Virus record (IMG/VR): IMGVR_UViG_3300026521_000471
Span: 124,001-188,000 of that record
Length of the DNA stretch: 64,000 nt
Reading direction: 5' to 3' (one strand)
How positions within the stretch are numbered: position 1 is the stretch's first letter; every line of letters starts with the position of its first letter. Both the position numbers and the translations under genes were made by a program. The notes beneath the pieces are model-generated. The model saw only the letters and a program-made list of their open reading frames with translations, was not told the DNA's origin and ran no database searches. Shown in pieces: positions 38,004-47,924 of the stretch.

Positions 38004-38544
38004 AAAAAAGAAAAATATACCTATCCATATTACAAAACGTGATTCATCAACATTTGTTTTAAATAAGATTTCGTCTAGTATGTTATATCATGTACAACAA
38101 AAATTCGCATATTTACCACCAGGTTATAAATTTCAACCTAGATTTAGACTTATGGGTATTAAAGGTGTACAAGTTAAGCTAGTACACGCAGATGGTTCAT
38201 TCCCAATGGGATTATTTTCAGAAGTTGTAGAATATTTAACAGAGGTGCAAAAAAAGAAAGTTACTATGAGCAGTGAAGTAATGGAACATTTTTTACCACT
38301 AACTGATTTTTTTGAAGATGGTATAAAAGATGATATATTCTCAGACTATGAATTCGATGGTAATCCTGTAATATTAAGAGATTATCAATTAGGTGCAGTT
38401 GAAGCCGCTTTTGAAAATAGAAACGGCTTATTAAATTTATCTACTGGTGCAGGTAAGTGCTTAGGTGGTGAAACTAAAATACGAGTAAAATTAAGTAGTG
38501 AACTAATTAAAAAATATAAAGTTATTATAAAAGGCGAATTATGA
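37996..38544 (+). CDS. uvsW: UvsW-like helicase, N-terminal half, ending in a 28-aa split-intein IntN
   Basis: PGYKFQPRFR (UvsW N-domain), Q-motif LRDYQ, Walker A STGAGK followed directly by CLGGETKI. Confidence 0.9.
   Translation: MAKKKKNIPIHITKRDSSTFVLNKISSSMLYHVQQKFAYLPPGYKFQPRFRLMGIKGVQVKLVHADGSFPMGLFSEVVEYLTEVQKKKVTMSSEVMEHFLPLTDFFEDGIKDDIFSDYEFDGNPVILRDYQLGAVEAAFENRNGLLNLSTGAGKCLGGETKIRVKLSSELIKKYKVIIKGEL
38458..38541 (+). mobile_element. atypical short split intein N-fragment (28 aa)
   Basis: CLGGETKIRVKLSSELIKKYKVIIKGEL contains block A only. Confidence 0.85.
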
Positions 38545-38831
38545 AATTATGGATGAATGGATATGATACGACCATAGATGATTTTCCACAAATCATCTAT
38601 AAAAATAAAATTTTATCATATGAAGAACAAGCCTTTTTAACTAATAAAATTTTTGGCTTATTTCAATTAACACATCGAGATAAATTTAAAGAAATAAATG
38701 AAATAAAATTAAATACAAATGAATTACCATTTAAAAAATTATATCAATTAATTCATTCAGATGATAAATATGAATTTGAAGCTGAATATATGGTATATCT
38801 ATTAAATTATTTCTCCGTGGAACTAGATTAA
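38541..38831 (+). CDS. hypothetical protein
   Basis: ATGA-coupled ORF. Confidence 0.55.
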   Translation: MKLWMNGYDTTIDDFPQIIYKNKILSYEEQAFLTNKIFGLFQLTHRDKFKEINEIKLNTNELPFKKLYQLIHSDDKYEFEAEYMVYLLNYFSVELD

Positions 38832-39034
38832 TGATAACTGAAATTATAAGATTTAACTGTCATGTATTAAAGGTAAATAAATATAACAAAATAACTCCTG
38901 ATGAATTGTTATTAGAATATAAAACTCGTAACAACCTTATTTTAGAAAATACGGAAGTATATGTTGAAAGCTGTAAATGGGCTGCTGGAAGTACTAGTAC
39001 TATTATAACAAAAGTGAAAAGGATAGAAAAATGA
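38831..39034 (+). CDS. small hypothetical protein
   Basis: Coupled ORF. Confidence 0.5.
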   Translation: MITEIIRFNCHVLKVNKYNKITPDELLLEYKTRNNLILENTEVYVESCKWAAGSTSTIITKVKRIEK

Positions 39035-39480
39035 CTTATGCTCAAAATAAAAAGGCTAGATTTAATTATGAAATCATAGAAATATTTGAAGCAGGGATTG
39101 TACTAACAGGTGGTGAAGTAAAATCTGTAAGAGATAGTACAATTTCTCTTAAAGAAAGCTATGTTAAAATAAAAAATAATGAATTATTTTTAACTCAAGC
39201 TCATGTTTCAGTCCCTACATACATACCATCATATGCAGTATTTGATGAAGTCCAAGATAGAAAATTGTTAATGCATAAAAGAGAGATTTTAAAACTTAAA
39301 AATAAATTGAAAGAACAGGGTTTGACTTTAATTGTATTATCAATTTATCAACGTGAAGGCACAAAAAAGATAAAAGTACAGTTGGCATTAGCTAGAGGTA
39401 AAAAATTATATAATAAAAAACAAACTATCAAAGAACGTGATATTAAACGAGATATGGAAAGAACATTAAAAAAATTCTAA
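39031..39480 (+). CDS. smpB: SsrA-binding protein SmpB
   Basis: NKKARFNYEI, EAGIVLTGGEVKSVR, RKLLMHKREI, ARGKKLYNKKQTIKERD. Confidence 0.95.
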   Translation: MTYAQNKKARFNYEIIEIFEAGIVLTGGEVKSVRDSTISLKESYVKIKNNELFLTQAHVSVPTYIPSYAVFDEVQDRKLLMHKREILKLKNKLKEQGLTLIVLSIYQREGTKKIKVQLALARGKKLYNKKQTIKERDIKRDMERTLKKF

Positions 39481-39520
39481 TAGGTATAAATAATTATAAA
39501 ATAATCTTAGGAGCAATAAA

Positions 39521-39814
39521 ATGGCAAGAAAGAAAAAGATTCAAGAAGAAGTAGAAGTACCAGTTGTTGAAGTAACTGATGAAGAGATTCAAGAAGAAGT
39601 AGAAGTAGAAGTAGAAGTACCAGTTGTTGAAGTAACTGATGAAGAGATTCAAGAAGAAGTAACTGATGATTTTGATAATATTGCAATTACTGATTATGCT
39701 ATGGTATCAAATGAATTAGCAAAAAAAATACTTGAGAAAAAAGGTAAAAAAGTATTATTTGAAGAGCCAGAAGACGTTCAATCTAGCTTTCATATGAAAC
39801 CATTAAAAAAATAA
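39521..39814 (+). CDS. late acidic repeat protein
   Basis: TATAAATA at 39485; IQEEVEVPVVEVTDEE repeats. Confidence 0.65.
   Translation: MARKKKIQEEVEVPVVEVTDEEIQEEVEVEVEVPVVEVTDEEIQEEVTDDFDNIAITDYAMVSNELAKKILEKKGKKVLFEEPEDVQSSFHMKPLKK
39537..39669 (+). repeat. in-frame tandem repeat (~48-bp unit, about 2.5 copies, with GTAGAA expansion)
   Basis: AGATTCAAGAAGAAGTA occurs three times; CCAGTTGTTGAAGTAACTGATGAAG occurs twice. Confidence 0.85.
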
Positions 39815-39851
39815 TTTTTTATTGTAAAATAAAATTATATTAAATAAAAAA

Positions 39852-40011
39852 ATGACTTTAAATTTTTAAGTGTTTAGTCATCACTTCATTAAATCAAAAT
39901 ATATTATGTTAGTCTCTGTATGTTAATAATAAAGTATATTCGTTAATATACGGAGGTTAATCCTCAAAAATATTTTTATAGACTTAAAAAATAATTGTGT
40001 TAGTCTATCAC
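39852..40011 (+). promoter_or_regulatory. candidate structured 5' leader RNA (three hairpins)
   Basis: ATGACT..AGTCAT, TTAGTCTCTGTAT..ATACGGAGGTTAA (with G-U pairs), ATAGACT..AGTCTAT. Confidence 0.45.
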
Positions 40012-40023
40012 AAAGGAAAAATC

Positions 40024-40812
40024 ATGTATAACAAAAAATTAATAGCTTGTATAAAAGCTGATGGTAAAATTTTAAGAGAACAGGGTGAAAACGTATATCT
40101 CCCATTTGGTACAGAGTACCAAATTTTTCTTAAAAATGAAAACGATAGAAAGGTTGAAATATCCATAACTATTGATGGTGAAGATGTTTTAAATGGTAGT
40201 AAACTATTATTATCTCCAGGTAAAAATATGGAACTAAAAGGTTTTATTAGAGATATAAATGGTGGTGAAGATAATAGAGCTTTTAAATTTATAGAAAAAA
40301 CTCAAGAGATTAGTGAATTTAGAGGTGATAAACCAGAAGATGGTCTTGTTAAAATTACTTATCAATTTGAACAAGAATCTATTACTAATAAACTTAGGGA
40401 TTTTTGGTATTCTGATGATAGAATATATACAAATCATACTAACCCAAGTTTTGGACCTGGATTTATTGAAACATCGACTACACCTACATATGGAACAACA
40501 AGTATATCATCAAATGAAGTATTTTGTAGTACTGAGATGGTATCCAACAATATTAGTACAAATGCTTTAAGAAATAATGATATGGGTATTACCGTAGAAG
40601 GTACTGCTACTAATCAAAAATTCCAAGAAGGTAATATCGGATATTTAGAAAATGAAACACATTCGATAATTCTTAAGCTAGTTGGTGTAAATGGTAATGA
40701 AAAGATTTCTGAACCTATAACTGTCAAAACAAAAAAGCAATGTCCATCTTGTGGACGAAAATATAAAAGTTCATTTCAATATTGTCCACAAGATGGGACA
40801 TATTTAAGATGA
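40024..40812 (+). CDS. hypothetical protein with C-terminal zinc ribbon
   Basis: AAGGA RBS before ATG at 40024; CPSC..YCPQDG. Confidence 0.7.
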   Translation: MYNKKLIACIKADGKILREQGENVYLPFGTEYQIFLKNENDRKVEISITIDGEDVLNGSKLLLSPGKNMELKGFIRDINGGEDNRAFKFIEKTQEISEFRGDKPEDGLVKITYQFEQESITNKLRDFWYSDDRIYTNHTNPSFGPGFIETSTTPTYGTTSISSNEVFCSTEMVSNNISTNALRNNDMGITVEGTATNQKFQEGNIGYLENETHSIILKLVGVNGNEKISEPITVKTKKQCPSCGRKYKSSFQYCPQDGTYLR

Positions 40813-40839
40813 TTTGTATAATATATAAAAAGGATCAAA

Positions 40840-41106
40840 ATGAGTTATAAATTAGATTTATTAAATTCTACAAATAATAGTTTTTTGGGTTATATTGGTG
40901 CAGCTGTTTTAGGATACATTCTAAGTCTAATGTTTAATTTGGTATTATCCAATCAGGTGGGGACTGCCATAGTATTATATACTACCTATATGATATTTAT
41001 CATAATTAGTCAAGTAATGTGTGAGAAAAATATTAAATATTTATGTCAATTTAATGAATTTTGGTATTCTCTAGAACAATTAATCATTAATAAATTACAT
41101 AGATAA
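40840..41106 (+). CDS. small two-TM membrane protein
   Basis: Two hydrophobic segments. Confidence 0.55.
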   Translation: MSYKLDLLNSTNNSFLGYIGAAVLGYILSLMFNLVLSNQVGTAIVLYTTYMIFIIISQVMCEKNIKYLCQFNEFWYSLEQLIINKLHR

Positions 41107-41114
41107 AATTTAAT

Positions 41115-41534
41115 ATGGCGTTAATTCAGAATCAATTCTATTCACAAATATCATTAGCAACAATTAGTAAAATTGCTAAAAAACAACCATATAAACAGAA
41201 ATTAGAATTTTGGGAATGTGATGTTAGATTTAATTTAAAAAATTCCAATTTTAATTTTGAAGTTATAGAGCCAAAAATTAATTTTGCTTTATATTCCGAT
41301 AATACAAATAATGTGACTTTTGATAATACAGTTTATAATACTGAATTAAAACGTTTCTGGACAAAAGAAGAAGCTGAAAATTTTATTATTTTCAGCTTAA
41401 TGCAAGTTTTTAAACCATTAAACAATTATATTTTAAATAATAAAATTGATAAAAAATTTACAAATATAATCGAAAACAACCCTGACAAAATATTAAAAGA
41501 AATAGAATCTGGATATAAATGGTTTATTAATTAA
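41115..41534 (+). CDS. hypothetical protein
   Basis: ORF. Confidence 0.5.
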   Translation: MALIQNQFYSQISLATISKIAKKQPYKQKLEFWECDVRFNLKNSNFNFEVIEPKINFALYSDNTNNVTFDNTVYNTELKRFWTKEEAENFIIFSLMQVFKPLNNYILNNKIDKKFTNIIENNPDKILKEIESGYKWFIN

Positions 41535-41588
41535 TTTTTAAGTTTATTTCTTTTATAATTATGTATAAAATTATATAAGGAATATTAT

Positions 41589-42842
41589 ATGGCTATTTTA
41601 CAGCTCCATTCTGATGATCCAAATTTTGGATACATTATCAAAAAAAACCCAAATTCATCTATGCAAATAAGAAGTATACGTAAAGGTACTGCTTTTACAT
41701 GGTATTCTCATAATGGTACCGACTTTAATATTTATTTTAAAGATGCTGATAATGATGTATCGTTTGGATCGCAAGAATTCGATTATCTAAATATTTCTAA
41801 ATATAATTCACCGATGTTTATTATCAATGCAATAAGTGAGTTTTTTTCAAGTACTGTTAGAGAAGAATCAGAATTAGATATAAAAAGTTCAAAATATTTT
41901 TATATTAACTTACTTGAAATCAAAAGAATAAAACAATTAATGGATTTTAAGAAATATTTCCCTGATTTTGAAATTGAAATTACCGAACAAGTTGGGAAAA
42001 ATTATACTATTAAAGTAATAACTGAAAATAGTTGGTTTATGTTATTAAATTATATTAATCTTATGATGATTTTTATTGCATTATCAAGTAACGACTACGT
42101 ACATTTAGATAGTTCAAATATTGAAAAATATCTAAATGCTATGAATCGATTGGATGCACCATTTTTTATACGTTATTTAGTAAGTAGAAATCTTATTAAA
42201 AGTAAAAACCAATTTAAAAAATATAAACAATTACTTGAAAAATCAAAAAGATATAATATCAATATGGCATATGGTAATACGGCTATGCAACGGAAAGACA
42301 AAATAGAACGTTTATTATCATTTGATAAATCGATTCTTGATATTGGGTGTGGAGAAGGTTTTTATGCTATAGATTTTTCTAAAAAAATAGAAAAATATTC
42401 TTATAATGCCATTGACATTAATCCTAATCTATTAGAGTCGATCAAGATAAAAGCTTCAAAAAAAGAAATTACAAATATTAATCTCTTTAATAGTCTAGAA
42501 GATTTTATAAAGATTTACAATGATGAGTTAGTAGATATAATACTAACTGAAGTTATTGAACACATGCCAAAAGATGAATCAAAAAGATTAATAGAGACAG
42601 TATTGATGTCTATTAATTTTAATACATTCATTATTACCGTACCAAATAAAGACTTTAATATTTTTTATGAATTAGGTGATGAAATGAGACATGATGATCA
42701 TGACTGGGAACCTACATTTGATGAATTTAAAAATTTTATAGCTAATTTTAATAATGATGGTTTATCTTTTGAATTTATAGAAATAGGTGATACTATCGAT
42801 GGTATCTCTACAAGTATCGGTTGTATAATTAAAAAGGTATAA
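41589..42842 (+). CDS. hen1: Hen1-like RNA 3'-terminal 2'-O-methyltransferase
   Basis: N-terminal FGYIIKKNP; LDIGCGEG, TEVIEH, TVPNKDFN, RHDDHDWE. Confidence 0.85.
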   Translation: MAILQLHSDDPNFGYIIKKNPNSSMQIRSIRKGTAFTWYSHNGTDFNIYFKDADNDVSFGSQEFDYLNISKYNSPMFIINAISEFFSSTVREESELDIKSSKYFYINLLEIKRIKQLMDFKKYFPDFEIEITEQVGKNYTIKVITENSWFMLLNYINLMMIFIALSSNDYVHLDSSNIEKYLNAMNRLDAPFFIRYLVSRNLIKSKNQFKKYKQLLEKSKRYNINMAYGNTAMQRKDKIERLLSFDKSILDIGCGEGFYAIDFSKKIEKYSYNAIDINPNLLESIKIKASKKEITNINLFNSLEDFIKIYNDELVDIILTEVIEHMPKDESKRLIETVLMSINFNTFIITVPNKDFNIFYELGDEMRHDDHDWEPTFDEFKNFIANFNNDGLSFEFIEIGDTIDGISTSIGCIIKKV

Positions 42843-42844
42843 AA

Positions 42845-43729
42845 ATGCTATTAACATTTGGAGGATATGGTGGTGAATATTGCTGTGGTGAACTCAGTAA
42901 GCTTCATATTAACAATATAAAAGAACTACTTAGACGTTTTGAATACGAAGATATTATTGGACATTTCGATACAATTTTTAGTAGTAGTGGATGGGAAAGA
43001 CAATATTATGATTTTGATGATATTGAACATATTTCTAGCTGTGCCATTGATGGTAGTATTTCTATTAATCCTAATGAACGCGAACATACAAAGTATGATT
43101 CTATTAATATTAGTGATTTAACTATCAATATCAATGATGATGACTTTTTATCTGATGGTTGGTATATTTCATCAGCTTCCATAGAAAAAGGTATTTTTTT
43201 TGAAGCAGAAATTTTAGATGATGTCAATGAATTTAATAAAGATTTACTGATCATAGATGCAAAAGATACAGATTATATTGGTACTGGAGACATTTTAGTT
43301 ACTGATGTTTTTTACAATAATAAAGTCCTCGAAATGAACTATGATGTTATGGATACATTCGGTAAAGGTTTCTATCAAAGTATTTTTCATGTTAAAGATA
43401 GGATACATTATGACGGAAAGGAAAAACTCCTAGACGATTTTAAAAACTCTTTTAATATTATTGAAATGGTTGGTATGGATCGTGAAGATATAATCTTTGA
43501 ATATTTAGAATATGTAGAAGCTGCAAATAATAAGCATTTAATAAAAGATGATCGAATTATAGTTTGGGCTAGTCCATTCTTATATGAACATTTTGAAAAA
43601 GAAGATGTAGACCTTTTATGGATGACTGAAAAGAATATTAAATTCGCATTGAAAAATGGTTTAAAAGATGAAATACCACCAAATATTTTTGAACGTATTA
43701 TTATGAGGTTTCCAGAATGGCTAATTTAG
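42845..43729 (+). CDS. acidic hypothetical protein (C-terminal FPEWLI)
   Basis: ORF. Confidence 0.6.
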   Translation: MLLTFGGYGGEYCCGELSKLHINNIKELLRRFEYEDIIGHFDTIFSSSGWERQYYDFDDIEHISSCAIDGSISINPNEREHTKYDSINISDLTININDDDFLSDGWYISSASIEKGIFFEAEILDDVNEFNKDLLIIDAKDTDYIGTGDILVTDVFYNNKVLEMNYDVMDTFGKGFYQSIFHVKDRIHYDGKEKLLDDFKNSFNIIEMVGMDREDIIFEYLEYVEAANNKHLIKDDRIIVWASPFLYEHFEKEDVDLLWMTEKNIKFALKNGLKDEIPPNIFERIIMRFPEWLI

Positions 43730-44007
43730 TATATGGTATTACCATTGATAGAAAATTATTTCATGGCAAAATTATAAAATCCAGTTTGAAATCTATGATT
43801 TCTATTAAGACAGTTGATAATAGAATTTTAAATTTTCCTAAGTCTCATAAATTATTTAAAACAAAAGAAGAACGAGATATAGAAATTTTTTTAAATAATA
43901 ATAATTTAAGCATAGATAAAGTTGCAGAGTTATATAATATTAACAAAAAAGAGGCAATTTTAGCTTACCAATCAGCTATTAAAAAATTTCCCGAAAAATT
44001 TATATAA
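43717..44007 (+). CDS. hypothetical protein (C-terminal FPEKFI)
   Basis: Coupled ORF. Confidence 0.6.
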   Translation: MANLVYGITIDRKLFHGKIIKSSLKSMISIKTVDNRILNFPKSHKLFKTKEERDIEIFLNNNNLSIDKVAELYNINKKEAILAYQSAIKKFPEKFI

Positions 44008-44016
44008 AGGATCATT

Positions 44017-44610
44017 GTGAATATTAAAAGCAATATAAAATCTAACATTAAAGGTAAATCCTTAATAAGAACAAAATCTTACATTATACCGACTACTGTA
44101 ACATTTCTTATAGGTTGTTTTATATGGTTATTAGATGGTAGCTGGGGAGTATATTTAACATTTTTAATTATAGGTATCATTACCCACTTTATTTATGTAG
44201 GTATAAATGAACATTCAAGATATAATCATGATCTGCATTGGGATAATGAAGCCTATTATAATTGGTTTGCCATTGTTGGTTTACCAATGATATTAATTGG
44301 TATTTTTTACCCATTTGCTATATCCCCAGCAATCCACGACTATTATCATGCAGAACGAATTGATGAAGAAATACCTATCGACAAAAATATTTCTCTTATG
44401 TACAATGACTACCATAGTACATTTATATTAATGGTTGAAGGAGAAAAACAACCTCTTCTAATTGATAAAGGTGGTTCTAGCGATACTTACAATCGTATGA
44501 AAGCTAGCTATCTTGATAAAAAAATAAAAGTAGTTAAAAAAAGATATAAATCTTGGACTGATGACGAAATTCAAACAGTTTATCAGTTAGATGGTTACAC
44601 ATTCAAATAA
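44017..44610 (+). CDS. three-TM membrane protein
   Basis: Hydrophobic segments at about aa 22-60 and 82-101. Confidence 0.6.
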   Translation: MNIKSNIKSNIKGKSLIRTKSYIIPTTVTFLIGCFIWLLDGSWGVYLTFLIIGIITHFIYVGINEHSRYNHDLHWDNEAYYNWFAIVGLPMILIGIFYPFAISPAIHDYYHAERIDEEIPIDKNISLMYNDYHSTFILMVEGEKQPLLIDKGGSSDTYNRMKASYLDKKIKVVKKRYKSWTDDEIQTVYQLDGYTFK

Positions 44611-44619
44611 AGGATTTTT

Positions 44620-47310
44620 ATGAATAAAATTAAAACACAAGTACATACTATAATAATGCTTATTGGACCTAGTGGTTCTGGTAAAACAACATTCGCTAAT
44701 GAAATTCTAATACCCACATTACAAGAATATAAAGGTAGTGGAAATGACAATTTAAAAACAAATATACAATATATTAGTTCTGATGATATTAGAAAAGATA
44801 TTTTAGGATATAATTATAGTAAAATAGATGAAATTATGACTGAAAGTTCAACACAAGCATTTGAAATATTATTTACAAAATTAAGAGCTGTTACTAGTTA
44901 TCCAATCAATGCTGAATTTGTTATTTTAGATACAACTGGATTAAGTGAAAAATTTAGAAATGATGTTTTAGATATAGCAAAAGATAATAATTATAATGTC
45001 GATATTATAGTTTTCGATTATAAGAATATTGATGAATATCAGAAAAATTTTTCTGATGAAGTTTATCAACAACCTAGTACTAATGGCAAAATTATTTCTA
45101 AGCATATAAAAAGATTAAAAACAGAAACATTAAAAACATTAAAAAAAGGTGTATATAAAAATATTCATAAAATTAAAAATAAAGATTTTCTTTTAGAAGT
45201 TGAACAGGAGAATCCATATGATTTAACACCTACTATGTTAAAACCTCTTTATAGTGTAGATGTATGGGATTGGAAAAAATATACTGATAGAATATTAAAT
45301 AGTACTTATGATTGGATTACTATTGGTGATGTTCATGGATGTATTCATGAATTAAAACAATTACTTGAAAAATATGGTTTTATAATTGAAGACAATGAAA
45401 TCATAGATACAAACAAAACAAAAAATATAGGATTGATTTTTGCAGGTGATTTAATTGATAAGTCGTCAGAAGAAGATTTAACTGAAACTATAAGATTTAT
45501 ACATAAAAATATGATAAAATTTCAAGATCGTTTTCAATTAATATTAGGTAATCATGAAGAGATGGTCTGGAAATGGATAACAAATCATAAAGATTTAGAA
45601 ATTACTCCAGAACGATTGGATCAGAAAAAAAGATACTATAATACAGCAATTTTACTAGAGAAAAATGAAGAGTTAAAATCTATGTTTTTAGATATTTTTC
45701 ATAATATGAAAGGTTGGGTTAAATTTATAGGATTAAACAAAAGAAGTTTTGTAGTTACACATGCACCATGTGAGGTTAAATATCTCGAAAAAATGGATCG
45801 TATTTCATTAAAACGTCAATATAAATGCGCTAGTAGAAGTAAAAACAAAGATAAGACTAATGATGAACTAACACCATATTTAAAAGAAGAAGCAGTTAAT
45901 AACCATCCAGTTCACATATTTGGTCATATGGGACAATCATCTGTTAGATCTTTTAAAAATAAAGTTTGTATTGATACAGGCTGTGTATATGGTGGAAGAT
46001 TAACTGGATACAGTATAGGATACGGTAAACCATTTATTCAAAGTGTAAAATCATTATCTCCTAAGAGTGCAAGAAACGACTTTGGAAATAATCTATTTGA
46101 AGATATAGGTAAAGCTATAAAAGAAGTATCTATTGAAGATTTAAATCCATACAACCAAAAAAGATTAGATTATATAGTAAAAAATGGCATAGGATACATA
46201 GGAGGTACAATTTCACCTTCAAATAAAAACATCGAAAAAAATTCACTAGAATCTTTAGATAGTGGACTTAATTATTTCAAAGATAAAGTAGATAGTGTAG
46301 TTCTACAACCTAAATATATGGGGTCTAGAGCACAACTGTATCTCTTTAAAGATAATATTGAAAAATGCTATGCTACAAGTAGAAATGGATATAAAATTAG
46401 AGAGGACTTAACTGATTTATTCTCATCTAAATTAATAGAATACAAGCATATTTTTGATATGTATAATGCTGATGAGATAATTATAGATGGTGAATTATTA
46501 CCATGGGCTCTTTTAGGAAAAGGTTTGATAGAAACACATTTTAAAACTGCGGATATAGCTATCCAAACAGAAATCGACTTTCTGGATGATAATGGGTTTG
46601 ATAAGGCTTTTTTAAGTTTAAAGGATGAATTTAATGAATCAGAATTTTTAAAAGATAAAAATATTTTAGCTAAAAAAGAATTAGCTAAAAAATATGGTCA
46701 CAAATATCACTCTTATAAAGATTTAAAATTTGAAATTGATAGATTCATACCTTTAAGTAAACACAAAAAAGCTTGGAAAATTTTCAATAAACAAATAACC
46801 CTTTATGGAGATGATACAAATACAGATTTTAAAGGTTTTAGATTATTAAAAGTAATATCAAATAACAATATAATCGATTTGGATCTAACCCCTAGCGAAC
46901 ACTTTAAACTATTAAATTCAGATGATATTCATATTGTTGATTTCAATGATAAAGACTATTTAGTTAAAGCTGAAAGATGGTATGATGATTTAGTGAGTAA
47001 TCAAAATATGGAAGGTTGTGTAATAAAACCGGAAGTAAAGTTATTAGAATCTTGGATTGCTCCATATTTAAAAGTAAGAAATGAAGAATATCTTTCTATC
47101 ATTTATGGGTATGATTATAAATTCCCTGTCAAATTTAATAGATTATTAAATCAAAAAAATATTTCTAAAAAATTAAGACTCTCTATATCAGAGTATAAAT
47201 TAGGAGAAGAAATGCTTAAAGCTCCTATGGGTAGTAAAGAACAAATACAGATTATAGCCAATCTATTATTTGAAAATGAAAAAGAAGAAAGCGTCGATCC
47301 AAGATTATAA
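44620..47310 (+). CDS. pnkp: bacterial-type Pnkp (kinase-phosphatase-ligase) RNA repair enzyme
   Basis: GPSGSGKT kinase; GDVHG, GDLID, GNHE, FGH, IDTG phosphoesterase; QPKYMGSR, DGELLPW, EGCVIKP, KVRN ligase; C-terminal VDPRL. Confidence 0.92.
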   Translation: MNKIKTQVHTIIMLIGPSGSGKTTFANEILIPTLQEYKGSGNDNLKTNIQYISSDDIRKDILGYNYSKIDEIMTESSTQAFEILFTKLRAVTSYPINAEFVILDTTGLSEKFRNDVLDIAKDNNYNVDIIVFDYKNIDEYQKNFSDEVYQQPSTNGKIISKHIKRLKTETLKTLKKGVYKNIHKIKNKDFLLEVEQENPYDLTPTMLKPLYSVDVWDWKKYTDRILNSTYDWITIGDVHGCIHELKQLLEKYGFIIEDNEIIDTNKTKNIGLIFAGDLIDKSSEEDLTETIRFIHKNMIKFQDRFQLILGNHEEMVWKWITNHKDLEITPERLDQKKRYYNTAILLEKNEELKSMFLDIFHNMKGWVKFIGLNKRSFVVTHAPCEVKYLEKMDRISLKRQYKCASRSKNKDKTNDELTPYLKEEAVNNHPVHIFGHMGQSSVRSFKNKVCIDTGCVYGGRLTGYSIGYGKPFIQSVKSLSPKSARNDFGNNLFEDIGKAIKEVSIEDLNPYNQKRLDYIVKNGIGYIGGTISPSNKNIEKNSLESLDSGLNYFKDKVDSVVLQPKYMGSRAQLYLFKDNIEKCYATSRNGYKIREDLTDLFSSKLIEYKHIFDMYNADEIIIDGELLPWALLGKGLIETHFKTADIAIQTEIDFLDDNGFDKAFLSLKDEFNESEFLKDKNILAKKELAKKYGHKYHSYKDLKFEIDRFIPLSKHKKAWKIFNKQITLYGDDTNTDFKGFRLLKVISNNNIIDLDLTPSEHFKLLNSDDIHIVDFNDKDYLVKAERWYDDLVSNQNMEGCVIKPEVKLLESWIAPYLKVRNEEYLSIIYGYDYKFPVKFNRLLNQKNISKKLRLSISEYKLGEEMLKAPMGSKEQIQIIANLLFENEKEESVDPRL

Positions 47311-47367
47311 TAGTATTTTTGTATAATTCTAATAAATAATTAGTCATATCGACAAAAGGAGATAATT

Positions 47368-47430
47368 ATGTTACATTCAATTAGTAGATCTTATTTAAAT
47401 TTTATTCTTACTCGGATAGCATTTACGTAA
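47368..47430 (+). CDS. candidate micro-peptide MLHSISRSYLNFILTRIAFT (20 aa)
   Basis: AAGGAG RBS at normal spacing; TATAAT and AATAAATA upstream. Confidence 0.4.
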   Translation: MLHSISRSYLNFILTRIAFT

Positions 47431-47482
47431 ATACATTTATTGAATCTTCTATAAAAAATATCTTTGATTTAGGTGGTGATTT

Positions 47483-47536
47483 ATGAGTTTAATAATCATC
47501 TCCTATATAATAAAATGGTATAAAAAGAAAAAATAG
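47483..47536 (+). CDS. candidate micro-peptide MSLIIISYIIKWYKKKK (17 aa)
   Basis: AGGTGG RBS held in a 12-bp stem, with ATG in the loop. Confidence 0.3.
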   Translation: MSLIIISYIIKWYKKKK

Positions 47537-47585
47537 AAGTCAAATCACTATGGTAACATGATTTGTATATTTATCGGATGAAATT

Positions 47586-47924
47586 TCATCTAATTTGATT
47601 ATCATCCGATATTAAAGGGTTTACTCGATAACCTTTGTAAATTTTATTTTTTAACGAATCATTCACACAAGCATCATACTTTTTTAAAAACTGATTTGAT
47701 ATTTCTAAATATCTATTTTGTAATTCATATGATTTTACATTATTAACTTTATTTAAAAAATTTATTACTTCTTTTTTATATATTAAACATGAATCTTTAA
47801 TATTTCTTTGATCAATTATAATTATTTTATTTTTGATATATGAAATCCCTTCAGATGCATTATACCATTGATCATCAGCGTTTAAAAATATTATACTAAT
47901 TAATATTATTAATATCTTTTGCAT
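47586..47924 (-). CDS. exported protein with signal peptide
   Basis: MQKILIILISIIFLNA leader; overlaps the upstream gene. Confidence 0.55.
   Translation of the reverse strand: MQKILIILISIIFLNADDQWYNASEGISYIKNKIIIIDQRNIKDSCLIYKKEVINFLNKVNNVKSYELQNRYLEISNQFLKKYDACVNDSLKNKIYKGYRVNPLISDDNQIR

Noticed and set aside
39537-39669. possible CRISPR array
   Set aside because: The repeats are in-frame coding duplications with no unique spacers.
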